Assembly (NCBI GenBank): GCA_016184345.1
Contig: JACPCV010000006.1
Span: forward strand, 64,065 to 128,064
Source: Candidatus Woesearchaeota archaeon
GTDB taxonomy: Archaea > Nanobdellota > Nanobdellia > Woesearchaeales > UBA10216
DNA: 64,000 nucleotides
Direction: 5' to 3'
A model generated the notes under the pieces. The model searched no databases. It was not told the origin of the DNA and saw only the letters and a program-made list of their open reading frames with translations. Below are positions 44,270 to 52,513 of this stretch, piece after piece; position 1 is the first letter of the stretch; every line of letters starts with the position of its first letter. A program made the translations under genes and the position numbers.

Positions 44270-44638
44270 ATGCCATCCAAAGCCCAGGGCTTGTCCCTAA
44301 ACACAATAGTAATTGCGGCCATTGTTCTCATTGTTCTTTTGATTCTTGTTGGGCTGCTGACTGGGTTTTTTGGCAAGAAGTTTGGACCTGACTTTAGGAG
44401 GCTGTCAGACACTAGCTGCAACGGCAGGATAGTTGATGAGAGCCAGGAGTGCGATTCTGCCACCGAGCAGGCCAATTATGCTGCCGAGGTTCCAACAGGA
44501 AAGAAGTGCTGTGCTAAGCTGCCGCCAAAAACTTGCGAACAGCTTGGCGGAAGCTGTTGCAGTGGCGACACCATAATAAGGAGCAATGACGAGGGCTGCA
44601 TTGCAAAGAACCGAAACGCGCCAAACTGCTGCAGCTAA
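44270..44638 (+). CDS. small Cys-rich protein with class III (archaeal pilin-type) signal peptide (paralog)
   Basis: MPSKAQGLSLNTIVIAAIVLIVLLILVGLL then a Cys-rich domain; 10 nt after the previous gene. Confidence 0.6.
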   Translation: MPSKAQGLSLNTIVIAAIVLIVLLILVGLLTGFFGKKFGPDFRRLSDTSCNGRIVDESQECDSATEQANYAAEVPTGKKCCAKLPPKTCEQLGGSCCSGDTIIRSNDEGCIAKNRNAPNCCS

Positions 44639-44788
44639 GGCTATCTTTTCTCTATGCATGTTTATTTGACCTATATTCTCCACCACAACAATCTTTTTAA
44701 AGGGTTTAAACTACCACAGAGTAGTGAAAATAGTGGTTGCGGGAGGGGTTTAACACCAGTGCCGGCAGCCGCACAGAAAATTGGGGGT

Positions 44789-44977
44789 ATGAATTATATG
44801 CCGAAAGCAGTTTTTGACGAGGAAACAGACCTCCTTGGCCAGTTTGAGAGCCAGGAGGAGGATGAGGAAGTGCTGGAGGAGCTGGCAGCCAAGCGAAGGG
44901 AGAGGCAGAAGTCTTTCCTTGCTGTCGTCAACAAGAAGAAGCTCAGCAGGCACGAGTTAGATGAGGTTATGCTGTAA
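44789..44977 (+). CDS. possible small acidic protein (62 aa)
   Basis: Internal ATG with GGGGGT upstream; highly acidic coiled segment (QEEDEEVLEELAAKRRERQ). Confidence 0.3.
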   Translation: MNYMPKAVFDEETDLLGQFESQEEDEEVLEELAAKRRERQKSFLAVVNKKKLSRHELDEVML

Positions 44978-45036
44978 GCGTTTTCATTACAGCTTTGGCA
45001 ACAGCTTTTTAAACCTCCGTAGTTTTCTTTTTCTCC

Positions 45037-45297
45037 ATGCAAACCTCCCAGTACGACCTTGAAATTGAAAAGGCCATTGCCAAGATTAAGGAAGAGAACG
45101 CCAAGCTCGTTTGTATCCAGCTTCCTGACGGCCTGAAGCCTTACGCTGCAGAAATCCAGGAGCAGCTGGAAAAGAGCACTTCTGCAAAGGTTGTGATTTG
45201 GGCTGGCAGCTGCTATGGGGCTTGTGATGCTGCGATAGAAGCGCAGCGTTTGGGTGTTGACCTTCTTGTCCAGTGGGGCCACTCTGAGTGGAGATGA
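45037..45297 (+). pseudogene. dph2: truncated dph2 (diphthamide synthesis, 2-(3-amino-3-carboxypropyl)histidine synthase), N-terminal ~86 aa only
   Basis: YDLEIEKAIAKIKEENAKLVCIQLPDGLKPYAAEIQEQLE...YGACD...LGVDLLVQWGHS is collinear with the N-terminus of archaeal Dph2 (~330-340 aa). Stop after GHSEWR, and no continuation in any frame. Confidence 0.7.
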
Positions 45298-45303
45298 GCT
45301 GAT

Positions 45304-46206
45304 TTGTCTTGGGTGTTCTTTGCAATTGCCGGAACTTTTCTTTGGGCGTGGGGTAACATCTTTGACAAGCGTCTTATGACAAGGCACCTGAAGGACCCGG
45401 TTATCCTGACTGCGCTGTTCAGCTTTCCAAGCCTGGTCTTTTCAGGTTTGCTGCTTGCTTTTATAGGAATTCCTTCTGTCAGTGGCTGGGTTGCATTTGC
45501 AGCTTTTTCTGCAGGAGTTGTTCTCACTTTCGCTCTCATCCCTTATTTCAGGGCTTTGGCTTCCGAAGAGGCCTCTAGGGTTGTTCCGCTGTGGCATTTC
45601 TCGCCGTTATTCACGCTTGTCCTGGCAGTTGTTTTTCTTGGTGAGGTTCTTACGTGGTCAGGTTACGTGGCTTTTGCGCTGATTCTTGCAGGCGGCTTCT
45701 TGGTGTCAACCAGGCGCATTGGGGATGCTTTTCACCTTAGCCATGCGATGGTTCTCATGCTTCTTTCAAGCTTTTTGTTTGCGGTCTCGGATGTTCTTCT
45801 GAAATTTGCCTATTCCAATAATGATGGCTTCTGGGGAGTTTTCCTCCTGACTTCCTTCGGCGCCACTTTAGGCCATTTTTCCCTGTTCGTTATGCCAGGC
45901 GTCAGGGGAAGCTTTTCAAAAGCGGTTTCAAATGGTGGCGCAGCTTTTTTTTCTCTCTTGGCTTTAAGCTCGGTGACAGGGATTTTTGGCAACCTTTTAT
46001 GGAATCTGGCGCTTTTATCCGGGCCTGTCACGCTCGTGAGCGCTTTCATAAGTTTTCACAGCTTTTTTGTCCTGGCATTGACTACCGGGATATCCGTAAG
46101 GTTCCCATCTTTCCTGAAGGAAAGTATAGAGCCGAGAACCATCGGCGTAAAGGCTGTTGCTATTGCTCTTATGGCTTCGGGGTTGTGGATGCTTTCTGCC
46201 AGGTGA
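45304..46206 (+). CDS. EamA/DMT-family transporter
   Basis: 300 aa, about 10 TM segments, two EamA-like halves. TTG (45304) or GTG (45313) start. Confidence 0.8.
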   Translation: MSWVFFAIAGTFLWAWGNIFDKRLMTRHLKDPVILTALFSFPSLVFSGLLLAFIGIPSVSGWVAFAAFSAGVVLTFALIPYFRALASEEASRVVPLWHFSPLFTLVLAVVFLGEVLTWSGYVAFALILAGGFLVSTRRIGDAFHLSHAMVLMLLSSFLFAVSDVLLKFAYSNNDGFWGVFLLTSFGATLGHFSLFVMPGVRGSFSKAVSNGGAAFFSLLALSSVTGIFGNLLWNLALLSGPVTLVSAFISFHSFFVLALTTGISVRFPSFLKESIEPRTIGVKAVAIALMASGLWMLSAR

Positions 46207-46292
46207 CAGGAAAACTTTATTAACAAAGGGAATAGCGATTTTGATGATTATAGCGGGAGTCTTCGCAATAAATTTTTGAGGTGTAACAATTA

Positions 46293-46778
46293 ATGAACGC
46301 CAAACCTAAAGTCGTCATTGGCGCCGACCACGGCGGCTACAAGCTAAAAGAGGAGTTAAAGCAATTCTTGCAGCAGCTCGGATATGCTGTTGAAGATGTC
46401 GGAACAAACAGCGAGGAGAGCTGCGACTATCCAGACTACGCGTTTAAAGTGGCTGAAGCAGTAGGCAAGAACAGCAGCAGTTTGGATAAATTTCCTTCTG
46501 TTTTTGGAATCCTCCTGTGCCGCTCGGCTGCTGGCATGATGATTGCCGCCAACAAGGTCAAGGGCGTGAGGGCAGTTGCTGCCCTTGATGAAACGGCTGC
46601 GAAGCATTCAAGGGAGCATAACGCTGCCAATGTCCTTGGCTTGTCCGGTGACTGGACTTCGCTAGAGGACGCAAGGATAATAACGGAGGCTTGGCTTGAG
46701 ACGCCGTTTACCGGCGAGGAGCGCCATGCCCGCCGCCTCCAGAAGATAGCTGAGTTTGAAAAGAAGGTGTTCAGGTAG
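46293..46778 (+). CDS. rpiB: ribose-5-phosphate isomerase B (RpiB/LacAB family)
   Basis: KVVIGADHGGYKLKEELKQFL...GILLCRSAAGMMIAANKVKGVRA...HNAANVL. Confidence 0.9.
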   Translation: MNAKPKVVIGADHGGYKLKEELKQFLQQLGYAVEDVGTNSEESCDYPDYAFKVAEAVGKNSSSLDKFPSVFGILLCRSAAGMMIAANKVKGVRAVAALDETAAKHSREHNAANVLGLSGDWTSLEDARIITEAWLETPFTGEERHARRLQKIAEFEKKVFR

Positions 46779-46780
46779 CA

Positions 46781-47254
46781 ATGCAGCTCTGGCAATTCTC
46801 GGCAGCAGTTATGGTGTCTTACCTCGGTTTGGTTGCCGGCTTCTTCCTTGCTTCAATGACGAGGGAGGAGCTGCCAACGGCAAAAAAATACCTGCCTTGG
46901 CTTGAGAAGCTCGTTGTTTTGGCTATTGCTGCGGTAATGATGAATCTCTTTGGCCTCAATGTAGCTGCTAAAGCCGCAGTCTATGTCCTGCTGCTGCTTT
47001 TTTTCGTTTACGGTTATAATTTGAAACTTGTTTACGCAGCTTTTGGCGCTGTTATCTTCGCAGTATCAAAGGACAGCGCAATTTTTCTGGCCACAGCGGC
47101 TTTGATTTTCATTTTCGGGCTATTGTCAGGCAGCAGCAATTTCAGCATGAAAATAAGGAAAGGAGAGATTGTAAAAGCGGCTGCAAAGGCGCTTCTGCGA
47201 AATTCATTTTATCCTGCGGTTGCCGTGATGCTGTTTTTGGCCTTCAGCAGATAG
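46781..47254 (+). CDS. hypothetical membrane protein (157 aa)
   Basis: Four or five hydrophobic segments; starts 2 nt after the rpiB stop. Confidence 0.5.
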   Translation: MQLWQFSAAVMVSYLGLVAGFFLASMTREELPTAKKYLPWLEKLVVLAIAAVMMNLFGLNVAAKAAVYVLLLLFFVYGYNLKLVYAAFGAVIFAVSKDSAIFLATAALIFIFGLLSGSSNFSMKIRKGEIVKAAAKALLRNSFYPAVAVMLFLAFSR

Positions 47255-47296
47255 CCGCAGAAGATTTTTTATAGTAAAAACTGTGGTAAGACCTTT

Positions 47297-47485
47297 ATGG
47301 AAGCGCAGGGCGGGCAGGAGAAAAATTTCAGCCGGTGCGAGATTTGCAGGGCAGAGCTGGGCAGCCTGAATCTTGACACGCCCCTCTACTGCGTCCCATG
47401 CATAGAAGAGATGGAGAAGTTGAGCATGAGCCCGAAGCGGTACAGGAGGCATAGGGAACTCAGCGAAGCCTTGTCTGGGAAATAA
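47297..47485 (+). CDS. small zinc-ribbon protein (62 aa)
   Basis: CEIC...(15)...CVPC pattern. Confidence 0.4.
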   Translation: MEAQGGQEKNFSRCEICRAELGSLNLDTPLYCVPCIEEMEKLSMSPKRYRRHRELSEALSGK

Positions 47486-47491
47486 GTTTAT

Positions 47492-47585
47492 TATAGCAAC
47501 GGAACTTAATAATCGGAACAATAGTCGCTCCGTTGCATATAGGAGAGGAAAATAGATTTCCGAAAATTAAGTTCCTCTCCTATAG
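47492..47585. repeat. twin-hairpin ~95-nt intergenic element, copy B
   Basis: TATAG, hairpin 1 (GCAACGGAAC/GCTCCGTTGC), hairpin 2 (ATAGGAGAGGAA/TTCCTCTCCTAT), then AG. Fills the convergent spacer between 47485 and 47589. Confidence 0.8.
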
Positions 47586-47588
47586 TTT

Positions 47589-48077
47589 TTATTTCTGCTG
47601 CGGCTGCTGTTGTGGTTTGGACAGGTATTTTCTCGCATACGCTGGATGACCGTGGTAAATCAGCTGCACTTGCAGGCCGTAAAGCTCGGCAAAGTGCTCA
47701 GCTTCCTTAACTGCAAATTCTACTAACTCCTCAGGCCGCATGGTCACATGCATAAAGTCAGGTGGCAACAGAACTTCAGAATACTGCGCTATCAATCCCT
47801 TGTTTTGCAGCCAAAGAAATTTCACAATGCCAAATGCTTTGTACCTTATTATCATGCCCCAGACAGAATTTGCAAACGCAGATGTTTCTCCAAATGCGGT
47901 GTCCCTCGCCTTGGCCAGCCCCTGCCCAAGCTCGAACTCTATTACTATGCTTTCAAGGGCGCCTTCAAATTTCCTCTCGCCGAAGATTTCCTTGAAATGC
48001 CCTGAATTTCTTTTAGGAAGTACTCCAATTGTGTCGTTGCTATGCACAAACCTATAGGGTAACTGCTTGTTTGTCAT
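47589..48077 (-). CDS. hypothetical protein (162 aa), last gene of an uncharacterised operon
   Basis: ATG at 48077 (TTG alternative at 48089) overlaps the upstream gene's 3' end. Gln/Pro-rich C-terminus; no motif recognised. Confidence 0.5.
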   Translation of the reverse strand: MTNKQLPYRFVHSNDTIGVLPKRNSGHFKEIFGERKFEGALESIVIEFELGQGLAKARDTAFGETSAFANSVWGMIIRYKAFGIVKFLWLQNKGLIAQYSEVLLPPDFMHVTMRPEELVEFAVKEAEHFAELYGLQVQLIYHGHPAYARKYLSKPQQQPQQK

Positions 48078-49851
48078 TTGCCTGCCCAATTTCTGCGTTA
48101 GCTCCTTGTAATTTCAGCTCCAAATCTTTGCGCCTTTCAATGACCGGCTTGACAAAGGCGAATTCTCCCCCGAATAATTTCACTATTTCAGCTGCCGCTT
48201 CAGCCACTATAGAGTCATTCCAACTGGCGGTGGCTTCGATGTCTACGCCGAAACGTGCCTGCAGTTCTTCTGGAATCTTCTCAGCTCTTGTAATCATGGA
48301 ATTATATCTGTCTACAAGCCTCCTCTGCTTCATGGCAAGCGGGTTGTACTTTTCAAAACCGGTTTTATATTGTTTTCTCTGAGGCTCACTCATAGCGCCG
48401 CTTGCTTTTGAAAGTGATTCTTCTATTTGGGTAAGTTGTTCGTGAAGTGAGCTGAGTTCAGCGTCAAGCTTTTCAATCTGCGGACCGAGCACTGGCAACA
48501 TTCTTCCTATGCCTCCAAGCTCGTAAATAGGCATTGGAACAACCGGCATTAGGTTGTCCAGTAGCGAGACCAGGGCATCCAAGCTTCGCTTATTGAGCAT
48601 ACCGTCCATCCCTAACTTTTTTGCTGCCAGCCCTGCCATGAGCCCTGTTTTGAAGGCCTCGGCTGTGCGCTCGCTTATCTGCTTGCTTAATTCTGGCTGG
48701 CCTTGGACTGCTACTGCCTCCGGCGGGTAAAGCTTCCGGATTGCCGGGTTTTCCGGCAAAAGAGCGCTAAGAAGCAGGCTTGAGCGCACATCGGCAGCTT
48801 TGTAGCTCTGTTGCTCGTCAGAAATGAAGTAGGCAACAACTATGGTGTCTAATGTGCGTATGAGCGCAGACGCCATGTGCGCTAATCTCTGCGGCTGCAA
48901 GTAAGGCGCCTGCACATCGTCAGGACCGTTGATAGCGTCTGCCAGTTCGTAGGGCGCAAGCGCTTTTTTGTTGCTTCCACCGGCAAGCGTTTCAGCCACT
49001 TTTGCAAGGAAATGCGACCCGTACCTTGCCCCAAGGATTTTTTGGATTTCCTGCTCAACTTGTATTCTTACGCCAACTATCTCCACTTCTTCAGGAACAA
49101 CCTGGCCTTGCTTCATGGCAAACAATGCATGCGTAAGGGCAGCCAGACCAGCTTCGTCATTGCTGGCTTGTCCGCTTTCAAGCCTTTTAAGCGTGCTGGC
49201 TGTTTCCTGGATTTTTGAGTTCAGGCTAGCTATCCTTGCCGTAAGGGTGTCGTATTCTGGCGGCCGCGAAAACTGCGGCATCATTTCGGAAAGGAGCTTC
49301 AGCACTTGCTCATCCACCTTTCTTGTGCGTATGTAATCTCTTATTTCTTCTTTTAGACGCGCAGTGGCTCCTTTCTCTTTTCTGAGCATATCATAAACGG
49401 CTCCAACGAGAGCATTGATGTCTGCCTTCGTCAAATCTTCCTCCTGGCTGATCCTTGAGCTTATACGATACAGAGATGCGCCATTTTGAGCTGCATAGTC
49501 AGCGAAGGGCTTCGCTCGTGTGGCTTGTGAGGAGCCGGCAGCAATGAGTTCCGTGAAATCTGGCTTGAGCGAATCGCGCGCATCACGTGCTTGGCGCACC
49601 GCATCTTCAAGGCTGATCATCTCAAATTCAAGGCCTTCTTTAACGCTAGAAATGAGCAGAGGCATAACAGCAGCAGCTGCAACCTTGGAGTTTCCAATGT
49701 CGGTTAATATTTGGTAGCCCTGCCTCACTTGACCGCCGTAAGTCGCAGTCAAAACCAGGGCTTTCGCTTTAGGCACAGCTATCGCTGCCATGTAATTCGC
49801 ATCGGCCTTTTCAGTGGTTAGCTGCCCTATCCTGTGATAGACATTCCCCAT
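48052..49851 (-). CDS. hypothetical protein (599 aa), largely alpha-helical/coiled
   Basis: Long ATG ORF with coding-like composition; no catalytic or nucleotide-binding motif recognised. Confidence 0.6.
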   Translation of the reverse strand: MGNVYHRIGQLTTEKADANYMAAIAVPKAKALVLTATYGGQVRQGYQILTDIGNSKVAAAAVMPLLISSVKEGLEFEMISLEDAVRQARDARDSLKPDFTELIAAGSSQATRAKPFADYAAQNGASLYRISSRISQEEDLTKADINALVGAVYDMLRKEKGATARLKEEIRDYIRTRKVDEQVLKLLSEMMPQFSRPPEYDTLTARIASLNSKIQETASTLKRLESGQASNDEAGLAALTHALFAMKQGQVVPEEVEIVGVRIQVEQEIQKILGARYGSHFLAKVAETLAGGSNKKALAPYELADAINGPDDVQAPYLQPQRLAHMASALIRTLDTIVVAYFISDEQQSYKAADVRSSLLLSALLPENPAIRKLYPPEAVAVQGQPELSKQISERTAEAFKTGLMAGLAAKKLGMDGMLNKRSLDALVSLLDNLMPVVPMPIYELGGIGRMLPVLGPQIEKLDAELSSLHEQLTQIEESLSKASGAMSEPQRKQYKTGFEKYNPLAMKQRRLVDRYNSMITRAEKIPEELQARFGVDIEATASWNDSIVAEAAAEIVKLFGGEFAFVKPVIERRKDLELKLQGANAEIGQANDKQAVTL

Positions 49852-49875
49852 GAGAAACAGCGAATCCGGCAGGTT

Positions 49876-50499
49876 TTAAATAGGTTTCTCCGCGCTCTTT
49901 GGCATTGGCTGCTCCGGCGGAATGAGCGGCATCAGCCCATACCCTTCCATTATGGCTTGCCTGACTTGGGCATGCAGGTAAGCGTTGAGGCACGCTGCCC
50001 TAACGACTTTTGGGGGTATTTCCCTTCGGCGCAGGCCCTCTATGACATTGCCAACTGTTGCATAGTTGAACTCGTCAAGCATTCTGCGGTAGAACTTCTC
50101 AGCGTGCTGGATGTGCATACTGTCTTCTTCTGTTACATGCGCAAGCCCGAGAACTTGGTAAATATCATGCAATGCCTCAAGCCTTTCCCTGTCTATTGGA
50201 AGCTCCATGAGCTGCTCAAGGCTGGCTTTTCCCTCCTGCCTTGTAATCTCAACAATGCCATCCAAGGACCTTATGAGATAAGTTAGCATGCCCCTGAAAG
50301 CAGCTAGGTTCCACTGCTCCAATGGGCCGCTTAGCTGCTGCCTTGCATTCCTCAATTTGGCAAGGTTGTCACGTGTTAAGTCAGCCGCTGTCAAAGCCCT
50401 TCCAGCCATAGAACTCGGCAGTAAGACTTCCGCATTTATGAATTTATCCGCTAACTTGTTTAGGTTTCCTTCACAAGCTGCGTCCCATATTCGGGGCAA
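49876..50499 (-). CDS. hypothetical protein (207 aa)
   Basis: TTG start as given by the ORF track; 24-nt gap to the 599-aa gene; helical; no motif recognised. Confidence 0.45.
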   Translation of the reverse strand: MPRIWDAACEGNLNKLADKFINAEVLLPSSMAGRALTAADLTRDNLAKLRNARQQLSGPLEQWNLAAFRGMLTYLIRSLDGIVEITRQEGKASLEQLMELPIDRERLEALHDIYQVLGLAHVTEEDSMHIQHAEKFYRRMLDEFNYATVGNVIEGLRRREIPPKVVRAACLNAYLHAQVRQAIMEGYGLMPLIPPEQPMPKSAEKPI

Positions 50500-50588
50500 C
50501 CCTTAGTCGCGCACTTGTTCTTGCCTTCCAAAAACTCTTCCTCGCTCACAGAGCCGCCGCATGTTCCTGTGCAAACGTATTTTACCAT
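50460..50588 (-). CDS. possible 42-aa zinc-ribbon protein (MVKYVCTGTCGGSVSEEEFLEGKNKCATKGCPEYGTQLVKET)
   Basis: Translated by hand. ATG 5 nt downstream of the lipoprotein gene stop. Four Cys arranged C-x3-C ... C-x4-C. Overlaps the start of the 207-aa ORF by 40 nt. Confidence 0.45.
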   Translation of the reverse strand: MVKYVCTGTCGGSVSEEEFLEGKNKCATKGCPEYGTQLVKET

Positions 50589-50593
50589 GCGCA

Positions 50594-51979
50594 TCACCTT
50601 TCATAAATCATCGCAGATGCCGTGAATCCTGCAACTTCAGCAGCTTTCTTGTCAGGGAAGAATTCTGCTTTTAGTTTTCCGTCGGGGAGAAGCTGGAACA
50701 GCGCCACGCCCCTTATGTCATCGGTGTTTTCTGCATTTAGGCCCTTTGCGAATCCTACCTTATCCCATTTTTCTCCCGAACTCACGTAGTATTCGAATGT
50801 TGCAAGCTCGTACTTTACCACACCAGTTTCAATTCCAACACTGGCCGGGTCTGGGCTGTTGCCTGTTACTCCGTAAACCAGAGACCACCCTCCAATGTTT
50901 CCAACTCCTATCCTTATCTGTGAAGGGTCAATCGAATCGTAGACTATGCTTAAGTGATTTTTCCAGTACTCGCCGGGACCGCCACTATACTTCCCTGTGC
51001 CTTCCTTGAACCAGTTGCCCACAAGCCTGCCGTCTACATCATAGTCGATCTTGCCGCCAAGCGGGGTTGTTGTCCTGAGGTTTTTGGCGATAAGCTGGCT
51101 TCTTAGCGGCTCCTCATAATAATCAAACGTGTCAACGGTGTGTATCTTCCAGACTTCCCCTTCATAGCTCTCCGGGATGGCAAAGCCTTTCAACGTGACA
51201 GACTCATCAACAACGGAAAAGTCAAGCTTTCCCACGCCAATGCTCCCTATCACCTGGCCTTCCTTTACCGGAATGCGCGGCCAGACTTGCTCGCCTGGCT
51301 TGCGTTGAAGTCCGGCAGTTGCCATGATTTCATCGGTCAGTTTGTCAACGTGGATGAAGATTGTGTAGAAGTTGCATGTGTGCTCAATTATGACTCGATA
51401 ATCGCCGTCCATAAAGCCTATTTCCACGATGTTTCCATCACCTGGTGCATGAACTTTAAACCGGTCAAGATTTACCTTGTCATCTACGATGTTATTGCCG
51501 AGCGTGTCCCAGTACTGGTGGTCTGTTGGTGTGATGTGAACGCTTGACAACCCTCCCATTGGGCGTATTTTTTCTATGTCCTCAAGCGCCAATGGCGAAG
51601 CGCCCAGCATGAATGAGCCAGTGCCGTTGCAGCCCCGGGGGCTGAGCAGTCCTTTTTTTATCTCTGCAGTTGCAGGAGTGGATTGCTTTTCTTCCTCGTG
51701 AGTCTTAGCCTCAGGACTTGGGCGCTGAATCATTTGCCCTTTATCCTGCTCTTCAGTTTCAGGCTTAAGGCGCTGAATCTTTTGCCTTACCCTTTCAAGG
51801 TCTTCGCTTGGAATATCGGAAGCTTCAAACTCCCTGAATTTTTCCACAGCAGGGTCGTAAACATCATATCCAACATTCTGCGCGCTTGCTTTACTGGCTT
51901 CGTAGGGGTTTTTTTCCTGGGTGCAGCCGGCAAAGGCCGCAATAACGAGTATCAGAAGGACCAGCACCGCCTTTTTCAT
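50594..51979 (-). CDS. lipoprotein with M23/LytM-like domain (catalytic His pair apparently degenerate)
   Basis: MKKAVLVLLILVIAAFAGC lipobox-like signal. VIIEHTCNFYTIFIHVDKL and VKEGQVIGSIG match the M23 core pattern, but the terminal H-x-H is replaced (KLDF). Confidence 0.55.
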   Translation of the reverse strand: MKKAVLVLLILVIAAFAGCTQEKNPYEASKASAQNVGYDVYDPAVEKFREFEASDIPSEDLERVRQKIQRLKPETEEQDKGQMIQRPSPEAKTHEEEKQSTPATAEIKKGLLSPRGCNGTGSFMLGASPLALEDIEKIRPMGGLSSVHITPTDHQYWDTLGNNIVDDKVNLDRFKVHAPGDGNIVEIGFMDGDYRVIIEHTCNFYTIFIHVDKLTDEIMATAGLQRKPGEQVWPRIPVKEGQVIGSIGVGKLDFSVVDESVTLKGFAIPESYEGEVWKIHTVDTFDYYEEPLRSQLIAKNLRTTTPLGGKIDYDVDGRLVGNWFKEGTGKYSGGPGEYWKNHLSIVYDSIDPSQIRIGVGNIGGWSLVYGVTGNSPDPASVGIETGVVKYELATFEYYVSSGEKWDKVGFAKGLNAENTDDIRGVALFQLLPDGKLKAEFFPDKKAAEVAGFTASAMIYER

Positions 51980-52036
51980 GCTGCATATACTGCTACTGTG
52001 GTTTAAAAAACTATCCACAAAAGAAAAAAGCGCCGT

Positions 52037-52351
52037 GTGGAAGATTCCGACGTGGATTCAGCAAACATTCTCAGGAAAAACCTTCAAAAGAGCAGCAGCC
52101 AGTGGAATAGCGTTTATAAGCTGTATTACGACGCGTTGCACGAATTGGCAGAGTCCTTCTTGCAGTTTGAAAAGGCAAAAATCGACAACCACCAGTGCTT
52201 ATTTTCATATCTTTGTGAAAAACACCCGCAACTGGAGTTCAGCTGGGACTTCTTTGAGAAGGTGAGGACAAAGAGGAACGGGATTAACTATTATGGCACG
52301 CCAGTAGATTCAGACGACTGGAAAGATGCGGAACTTCAGTTTAATTTATAG
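52037..52351 (+). pseudogene. truncated paralog of the HEPN-like gene at 32722..33225
   Basis: ...DNHQCLFSYLCEKHPQLEFSWDFFEKVRTKRNGINYYG...DDWK aligns with ...DSHQCKNAYICFKHAELELNWEFLETVRLKRNAINYRG...DDWK. It lacks ~55 N-terminal and ~25 C-terminal residues. Its stop codon lies inside element C. Confidence 0.55.
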
Positions 52352-52441
52352 ACAACTTCGATTATCCCTCATTATTATATCAAAGTTGTCTTAGAGGACT
52401 TTGAACAAAAGTAACAAATAAGAGTTATTCAAAGTCCTCTA
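52347..52441. repeat. twin-hairpin ~95-nt intergenic element, copy C (divergent sequence, same architecture)
   Basis: TATAG, hairpin 1 (AGACAACTT/AAGTTGTCT, 24-nt loop), hairpin 2 (TAGAGGACTTTGAA/TTCAAAGTCCTCTA, 14 bp, 22-nt loop). Confidence 0.75.
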
Positions 52442-52513
52442 TACATTAAAAAATTAAGGGAAGAGATTAAGAAGAAGCTTGGTAAATGAGTGCCAATAAT
52501 AAAAGCGCCGCGG

